From positions 438,122 to 502,121 of the forward strand of contig NIVC01000630.1 of the NCBI GenBank assembly GCA_002269645.1: a stretch of DNA of 64,000 nucleotides, written 5' to 3'. A model generated the notes under the pieces. The model was not told the DNA's origin and did not search any database. It worked only from the letters and a program-made list of their open reading frames with translations. Origin of the DNA: Macrostomum lignano. Its lineage: Eukaryota. The translations under genes and the position numbers were made by a program. Shown here one piece after another: positions 56,080 through 64,000 of this stretch (position 1 is the stretch's first letter; each line of letters opens with the position of its first letter).

Positions 56080-58299
56080 TGATGTAACCGCCCTTGTCGC
56101 CTGTCCGCTCCTATTGAGAGACGAACGCTTGACTAGAGGGGGCAATGACCGTAGGCTGCCTAGGACCGGGCAATGACCTGACGGACCTCCAGCACCAGAC
56201 TGTCCCGCCCACATGATTAGTAGCTTTGGTAGCGCTTCGTGACCAGAGGGCTAAGGACCCACATGGACTCCACCTGTAGCCAAGGTGCAATAGTTGGTCA
56301 CTCGGTCATGGTATGACCGAGTGGCTGCCACCACTCTATGTGACCTGGCGCACCTGGATCTTTCTACCAGACCTCTCGAGGCTAGAGCCCCGCCTGGATT
56401 GGTTACCAGGGGATTTAGGCTAACAGGGGAGACGCATGCAGCCGAGTACAGGGACTCTGCTTGGGGCATGATCGGGAACTCTGGGCTCAATCCTGGAGGA
56501 TTTCTCAGCAGGGGATCCTTTGTGGCTGTGAGCGAGGCTGACTTGCGACTTTGATTACTAAGAGTAGTATGAGGCGAACATGTACTGTCTCCAGTTTAGA
56601 TTGCTCAGGGCGAAGGGACGCGTTAGCATGGGGTTGCAACCTTCCTACTGCCATTCTGTGCCAAGACTCGCTAATCCATCTACTGCACGCACACGCGGCC
56701 CCGCAGCACGCACTCACAGGCGGGCTTTGCACGGGGAGAGGCCATTAGCTTAACCAAACTCCCTTATGCTTTGCCACCCCGGGAGAAAGGCTTAGCAAGC
56801 CATGAGTTAAATGATGGTGAAAGATTGAATAATGATGAAGTTAGTTAATAGTTAATAATTAGGCCCTTAGGCGAATAATCAGGCAATTAGGCGGCTTCAC
56901 TATTGAGTAAAATACAGCAAAAGATACGGTATCACAATTGGCTCAGCTCTCTAATCAGACAATGGAAAATAGGCAAACCCCGGATAAGCAAAGGCAATTA
57001 GAGCACAAATTAGTAACAGGAACTTACCGGCAGCTGCACAGAGAGAGAGAGAGAGAGGCGGAGTGACCGAGGGTGGCTGTAGGCTGCAGTCAGGCAGACA
57101 GTGAAGCGGCGATGCGCTGGAGCGACGAGGCGCTGATGTAGATCAGGTGATGCTGATGATGCTGGGCGGTATCAGACCGCTGGCCGATAGGCGAGCTCGC
57201 TTGGGGAGCTAAGGATAACTTGACGGTAACAGACCGCGGACCGGCAGGGATTCGTCTAATAGACGAATGGGTCAGAACTCAGTCTGACGGCAAGTCTAAA
57301 GAAAGACTAGGAGCCCGAAGGTGGGCAGAAGTTGAGGATTCTCATGCCGAAATCGCTTCCTTTTATAGACCTCACAGCCGCCTCCTCAAGGTCGTTACCA
57401 TGGCTCCCTCTCTCTGATTGGCTGCCGGCAGAATGACGTCAGAATGAGTCATGATGAGAAGCATGAGACCGGCATAGCAACATGAGAAATAGGGAAATTG
57501 CGCAATCCGGAGGTGGGGTGGGGGATAATTGGCGCAGCGGGTGGTCGCGAAAGTGTTGCGCAAGCAAACATTGAGAACAATAGGGCTGGGGTCGAGAACA
57601 AAGGAATTGGAAATCGGGGATAATTGGGGAAAACTGAGAACAATGGAAAAGTAAACATTGGAGAAAAGGTGATAATTAGGTGCGAAAACGAGAACAAAAG
57701 AAAGAGAAAATCGGAGAAAATGTGATAATTGGTGGGGGTCGAGAGAACAAAAGAATCAAAAACGAGAACAATAGAAGCGGAGGTGGGGTGGGTGTCGCAT
57801 GAGAAATTTGGGGAGGAGAACAATGGCATGAGAAAAGGTTGCGCAAGAGAGGAAGATGAGTCATCGATGAGTCATCGGGGGGAAGAAGGGGTCACACGAC
57901 TTGCGTCACCGTTTGGGAGTTTGGGAGGGGATGGGGAGACGGTGAGCACACAAAATACTGTAAGTAGACACAGAGAAGGAGGGGACAGCGCAGGAAAAGA
58001 GTGCAGAGAGAGACAAAAAGAGGGGGGAAAGGGAAAGTACAAGAAGAATAGGGTGGAGTGCAGGGGAGATAAGGTAGAGGGGAGGGTACAGAGAGGGACA
58101 GGGAGCTCCGCAAAGGCAGGTGTGGCGGCAGGAGAGACGGGACCAAGGCAGCAGGAGGGGTGCAGCAGAGCGGGAGTCTCCAGGCCCGGTCGGAGACCTG
58201 GCCGAGTCTCGACAGCTCTGTGCAGAGGGTGCACGGGATAGGAGGCACTTTCGAAAAAGTTCCCATGCCCTATCCCGCGACCAGAGCGTGGTTACATCA
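56080..58299 (-). mobile_element. Solo LTR (or non-autonomous LTR element) of 2220 bp
   Basis: Termini TGATGTAACC (56080-56089) and GGTTACATCA (58290-58299) are a perfect 10-bp inverted pair with TG...CA ends; ACAG flanks both sides (56076-56079 and 58300-58303); internal minus-strand TATA/CCAAT promoter; no recognisable coding sequence. Confidence 0.75.
57360..57874 (-). promoter_or_regulatory. Promoter/enhancer inside the solo LTR: TATA, CCAAT, CRE, three AP-1 and three C/EBP motifs
   Basis: TATAAAAG 57367-57360; ATTGG 57417-57421; TGACGTCA 57434-57441; TGAGTCA 57445, 57857, 57868; TTGCGCAA 57498, 57556, 57839. Downstream donor CCG|GTAAGT at 57027. Confidence 0.65.
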
Positions 58300-58984
58300 A
58301 CAGCTAAAAGACACTAGATGGCAGGTAAGTGCAGTGCCCCTCTAGTCGGAAGTCCGATTTCGATAGCTCCGGTTTGGTGAGCCGGGGCGCACGGACTGGT
58401 GGCAGCGGGTCAGTTAATCTGTGGATTAGCTAATCTCTACCTTTCAAATTCTCCCTGCTTGTCTCTCGCTGTCTTCTCTTAGCTAAAGGACCTTGCTGCT
58501 CGCCCACAATCTAGCTACCACGGGGCTGACCATCTGACAGGAGTGAGAGAGGCCAGAGTTTTAAGAGATTCATTGCTGAGTTCTGAGTCCCGAAGCTATA
58601 GGCTTAAAAAGGCCGAACCCATCAATTGTGAAACCCTGGCCCCTTGCTGGGATGACAAGAGACAGTTGATAGTCAGCAGAGCCGCTCCACCTGCTCATGG
58701 AGGGCTCAATCTGTTAAGCTGAGCATGCTTTGTTTTATTGCTTTGTATTGCTTTGCACACTTATAATTGACTGGCCTGCAGGATACTGTCGGAAAAGTAT
58801 TACGTAGTTTAAAATAATTTATTCCTTTCTGTGTGGGAGAGGGCCCAGATTTCTAGTTTAAGCACTAAAAATTCTTAACAACCTCTCACCTTCTGGACTC
58901 CCGTGATTTGCAAATAAAACGAGTCTGCAGTGTTTTGAGTGTTTTGTTCGAAGTTACCCAGAAAAATGCTCTTTTTTGCAGTGC

Positions 58985-59405
58985 CGTTCTCCGGACTCCT
59001 ACTAGTCTTACCCCTTCCCACTCGACCCAACCTTTCCCACCTTACTCTACCCCTTTCCCACTTCACCCTACCTACCCCTTCCCACTCCACCCTACCCCTT
59101 TCCCACTTCACCCTACCCCTTCCCACTTCACCCTACCCATTCCCACTTCACCCTACCCCTTCCTAAGTCACCCTACCCCTTCCCAATACACCCTACCCCT
59201 TTTCACTTTAACCCTACCCCTTCCCACTCGACTCAACCCTTCCCACCTTACTCTCTGTACCCCTCTCTACTCTACCCCTTACCACTCCACCCTACCCCTT
59301 CCCACTTCACCCTACCCGTTCCCACTCCACCCTACCCCTTCCCACTTCACCCTAGCCCTTCACGCTCCACTCTACCCCTTTCCATTCGACCCTAGCCCTT
59401 CCCTC
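58985..59405. repeat. 20-bp C-rich minisatellite (CCCTACCCCTTCCCACTTCA)
   Basis: Direct reading. Confidence 0.9.
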
Positions 59406-60606
59406 ACGAATATTTTATTGTTTCCTCATTGGAGATATTTGAGGTAAAAAGGATTTAAAAAGTTGAAACGACGACAAAAACTGATGTAATTTGCAATTAC
59501 AAATGATGCGATATGCAATTAAAATTTTTGCTTCCAAACTTGCTGGCATCATACATACCTTCAACAATTATATTTTAACATCATCGACAAGTTATTTGAT
59601 TTTAAAACAGTCAAATTTTATTAACAGTTGCGCTAATTGTGGAAATGCATGGAATCCAATTAGTTGGTTACCGCTGATCAACACAGCAAGATTGATTGAG
59701 GAAGCAATTTATAATAAAACTAATAAAACTAACGCCAGTTAATAAGGCGCAATGACAAATGTAAATGCTTATTATAGCTATTTTTGCAATTTTTCTAAAT
59801 GATTTTAAAGAAGGCTAGAGTATGGCTAAAACAGATGTTTAGAAAAGAAGTTCCAGACATTTTATACATATTTTGATAAAATAGATTTTTTCGCAATACA
59901 CTGCTGTTAGTAGCTAGCATTGTAGATATAAATAATATGCACATTTTTTACAATATACCGGCGGATAGCGCAAGAGAATAAACAAATTTTGCAAAAAATA
60001 TTAATGACAACATTCAAAATATTACAAAAAATATAACAAATATTGATTTACAGAAAACTGGGCCCTTATAATTTAATAGACATTTTTGCGAAAGCCGTTC
60101 GTTAGAAATAATGGACTTGAATGCTTCATGAATCCAACTAACACCTTTTGTGTTATGGCAGAGGCACACAAAGTGTTAGAGAACAAATGTCATTGCAACC
60201 TGTACTATAAATAATTACGATAGTTCTAAAACATGCTAATTAATTAGACAATTAGTGTTTTATACATGGCGCTAATTTTGCAATTATACATCACTTTTTT
60301 CTTTTAAATCGTTACACAAGCTTTGTTACAAAACACACGCACACACACCACGGCAGACAAAAAGGCCAAGCCGCGTTGCACAAAGTGGGATCTTGTGATG
60401 ACTTTTGCTCCAGACCGGTTTTTACTCCTTAAATTTTTTTCACTCTTAATAATTTAATTCACAATAAGGTATAAATTATAATATCAATTATCGCTTAAAA
60501 TCGTACATTTTTTAGGCAGCAAAAACCGGTCAGTACAAGTTGTCCTGGTATCAATTATTATAAATTAAAGTCAACGGTTAAAAAACTTAAGGTAGATCAA
60601 TTTAAA

Positions 60607-62604
60607 TTAGAACAGAACTTTACTGGCGGCCACGAGTCGGCTGTGCTTACTGCGACTGTGCTGCCGCTCCCAGGAACGGGTCAGGCGCTGGAAATGGGTC
60701 AGCTCGGCTTTGTGCTCCGGGTCAACCATCTTCACGTACTTTGCCGGCTGGCAGTTCGACTGCAAGTTTTGGTTGTTGTTGAGTAGTTCAGCGTATTAAC
60801 ACGCTCCCCTTGATAAGACCACTAGTGTTAGTAGCAGTAGAATAAGAGGTAGGGTGAAGAGAGTGGTAGACAGTAGAGTGAAGCATGGAAAGTCGAAGGG
60901 TAGACAGTAGAAGAGTAGACAGGAAGGGTAGACAGGAGCATGAGGGTAGGCAGTAGAAGGGTAGACAGGAGGGGTAGACAGGAGGGGTAGACAGTAGAAG
61001 GAAGCACAGAAGGGTAGAGAGCAGAATACATGCTCGAGCCCAGAGAATGATGCTGTCACGTCGAAGCCCTCCCCTGACAGCACCCAAGCCGCTCACCTTG
61101 AACGCATCGTAGAAGGCCTTGTAACCGCCTTGCAGCACGTAGACCTCCGGATAGAACAAATCCGGATAATTGCACACGTTGGCCTCGCGTCCCGTTGACG
61201 CAGAAAGCGCGCTAATTTTGGCGCCGTTCGCTGCTGAACTCGCAGTGAAAGATTAACACAGAGGCCTTGGTCGCCGGGACTGCAGCAGCCTGGCTGGCCG
61301 GCTCGAGGAATCGGCGGAGAAGGTCCTCCTGGGAGGGTTGAGTTGGGATTTGTTAGGTAAAAATGTTTGGAAAGCGAGCAGTCATCACGTCGATATGTAG
61401 TGTAGATAACTTTAGATTATTTACTTTACAAGCCAAATTTCAATTAAATTTAGAAATAAAAAATTACACTTACTTCTAACTACTCTACTATAAGTAGAAA
61501 AACAGGATAACTTTGACAATGAAAGCTAACCTGAGTAAAAACGTTGACGGCGCCTTGAATGTGGCCGCCTGAGAATTCGTAGGGATAGCGGCAGTCAATG
61601 ATGGCGTAGCTGGACACCGTACTGGAGAATTCTCCGTTCACCAGCCGGCTGAGGTGTCGCTGGTCACGTGACGAATGCCATAATCCAACTCCTTGACGGT
61701 TGGCAGGGCGTGCCGCTGCTCGGATTGCCAATCAGGTTCAGCGAGTCGATGGACGCGATGGCCCGGTCGACGCGGGCTGAATCCAAGGCTGTGGCCGCTG
61801 ACTCCTGGCGATGCAGGCTGGGGCGACTGTTACCGGGGTGCCGTCGACACTGCTGCTGCACGCGATCTCGCTGGCGCACCGGTGCAACGCAGCCGCAGGC
61901 GCAGCGACGGGGACGGTGGAGGCAACAGTGGAGAAAGTCTTCGTTGGCGGCTTCTTGAATGTCGGCGTAGTTGAATTGGTCAGGTCGCCGAGCGGCCGGC
62001 CCAGGCGTCGGCGTTTCGGCGTGCCGCACTTGTTGGCGCCGCTGTTCGGACACCGGTTCTCGCTGTCTTCGTCCTTGTCCTCAACGTCGTCAATGTCGAT
62101 GGCGAAGTCGGCAGAAGTTGTTGTCACGTCGTTCAGCGTGTCGACAGACATCGGCGACGGCCGCTTCTTGCAGGACAGGCGACGACTACGCCACGCCGAC
62201 GACGATGACGGAGGCTGAGGCGGCGGAGCCGATGGGAGCCGGGGCAGCTCGGAGGCCAGCGGCTGACCAGCTGGCAGGCGTCTTGAGGGCTCCGACGGCG
62301 ACGGGCGAAAGGCAACGGCAGCGCCGATGCCCCAGTCCATGCCGCAGGCGGTCGTTGATACATCGTCCTCATCATCGTCATCGTCGTCAAAAGACAAAGG
62401 CGCCGGCAGAGTCAAAGCGGCGTTGACGGCGGCAGAATTCGGAGAATTGACGAATCGCATAAAAGAATCGTCGTGGCTGCAGTCTTCTAGGCTGAAGTTG
62501 AAAAGCCCTGCTGAATCGCTGAATGGCATCCGAGCATTGGTGCCCACTGTTGCTGAAGCTGCAGGGCTGAAGCTTTCTCGGTCAGTTGTAAAAGACACGT
62601 CCAT
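60607..62604 (-). CDS. CDC25: Cdc25 / M-phase inducer phosphatase (rhodanese-fold), about 487 aa if five single-base deletions are corrected; as written it is frame-disrupted
   Basis: Exons 62604-61531, 61328-61097, 60759-60607. [31 protein letters not shown] (catalytic loop, 61247-61224), YPEVYVLQGGYKAFY, CQPAKYVKM and RSW are hallmark Cdc25 motifs; D-box-like RPLGDLTN in the N-terminus. Confidence 0.93.
60840..61020. repeat. Short degenerate GGGTAGACAG[T/G]AG repeat in Cdc25 intron 2
   Basis: Recurrent GGGTAGACAG motif. Confidence 0.7.
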
Positions 62605-63324
62605 TATTGCTTTGTTTATTATTAATCTGAAGTAACTAAATAAGAACTAAAACTATCGGGAAGTGAATTCTAAATTGTAAAATCAAACAAGGGCCACCAC
62701 TACACAACTGCCACACCGGGGAGACGCGAGGCAAACGCGAGTGAATTAATTGTAAGTGCAAGATTTCCGATATTTAAGGCTTCTTGTGGACCCTTCAGTC
62801 CGGGTCCTTTTTTTAACGAAATGGAGGGTGGGTTGCATCGCTTGCCTCCCCACACACTTTTCGGGGGGAAGGTTGTTTTGCAGTTTGGCTTGGACCAAGG
62901 GTAAAAAGAGTAAAGCGAAGGAGTGAGGCCTGCCAGACTGAATTGAGGAGGGGCCAACCAATAAGGGGCCTGCCAACCCCTCTTCACCCGCCACCCGCCC
63001 GTGGCCAAACAGCTGATTTTTACAACCGATAGCTTTGGTTGGTTGAAACAGCCAATGTACAATTTGACTAAACAACACGCTCCCCGCGTACATAGGCGCC
63101 CTTTACCCGATACAGACTAAATAGACTACGATTATAATACTAATTTAAGGCACAAGTGTAATATAATCAGCTGTGTGTCTGCGTTGTTTGCTGCACGACT
63201 CGACTCAGTCAGCTTATCTTTAATTTGAATTATATGATGCATATTAGCGGACTATTTGCCGACGGTTTACGAATTACTCTGCGTACACACTTATTAATGA
63301 TAACAGGGGCGTTGCCATGGATTT

Positions 63325-63955
63325 TTGGCGCCGCAGACACTCATTTAGCGACGCAGGCACTCATTTTAGCGCCGCAGACACTCATTTTAGCGCCGCAGGC
63401 ACTCATTTTAGCGCCGCAGACACTCATTTTAGCGCCGCAAGCACTCATTTAGCGCCGCAGACACTCATTTTAGCGCCGCAGGCACTCATTTTAGCTCCGC
63501 AGGCACTCATTTTAGCGCCACAGGCACTCATTTTAGCGCCGAGACACTCATTTTAGCGCCACAGGCACTCATTTTAGCGCCGCAGGCACTCATTAAGCGC
63601 CGCAAGCACTCATTTAAGCGCCGCAGGCACTCATTTTAGCGCCGCAGGCACTCATTTTAGCGCCGCAGGCACTCATTTTGGCGCCGCAGACACTCATTTT
63701 AGCGCCGCAGGCACTCATTTTAGCGCCGCAAGCACTCATTTTAGCGCCGCAAGCACTCATTTTAGCGCCGCAGGCACTCATTTTGGCGCCGCAGGCACTC
63801 ATTTTAGCGCCGCAACACTCATTTTAGCGCCGCAGACACTCATTTTAGCGCCGCAGGCACTCATTTTAGCGCCGCAGACACTCATTTTAGCGCCGCAGGC
63901 ACTCATTTTGGCGCCGCAGGCACTCATTTTAGCGCCGCAGGCACTCATTTTAGCA
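63325..63955. repeat. 21-bp minisatellite (CATTTT[A/G]GCGCCGCAGGCACT), about 30 copies, upstream of Cdc25
   Basis: Period 21 (CATTTTAGC at 63362 and 63383). Confidence 0.96.
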
Positions 63956-64000
63956 GAGTGACAGAGCTACACGAAGCCGAAGGCGCCTGGATTTTGTCAC

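Noticed and set aside
56131-58347. 11-bp inverted match GACTAGAGGGG / CCCCTCTAGTC
   Set aside because: No target-site duplication, it crosses the better-supported LTR boundary, and one such match is expected by chance over this span.
62760-63020. GC-rich stretch with small hairpins as an snRNA or SL RNA gene
   Set aside because: No recognisable Sm-site/leader architecture or known snRNA sequence; more likely Cdc25 upstream or 5-prime UTR sequence.

Overview
Eukaryotic (metazoan) genomic DNA. The polyQ-rich GC-rich exons and minisatellite-packed introns suggest the flatworm Macrostomum lignano, but that is an inference from sequence style only. I reconstructed four minus-strand spliced genes by hand with phase-consistent GT-AG junctions: (1) a PTB-domain/polyQ protein (7502-1301); (2) an 1805-aa protein whose 4.6-kb first exon is a series of acidic tandem repeats (24155-13858); (3) VPS35L/C16orf62 of the Retriever complex (47904-35438, 9 exons, one single-base frameshift); (4) Cdc25 phosphatase (62604-60607, intact HCEFSSER motif, five single-base G/C deletions). 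A possible fifth small plus-strand gene with a 29-nt microexon lies at 28882-33107. Between Cdc25 and VPS35L are a MITE-like element, a tRNA-derived SINE-like head, an orphan CCAAT/TATA promoter, a decayed Ty3/Gypsy gag-PR-RT-RH fragment and a 2.2-kb solo LTR (10-bp terminal inverted repeats, ACAG target-site duplication) dense in bZIP sites. About 30 tandem arrays are present, and nearly every intron carries its own. Most other ORFs in the supplied track are translations of these repeats. Best leads: the repeat-per-intron architecture, a foldback-like inverted pair of satellites, E2F-site-like satellites, the AP-1/C/EBP-rich solo LTR facing an orphan promoter across the Gypsy remnant, and the giant repeat protein.
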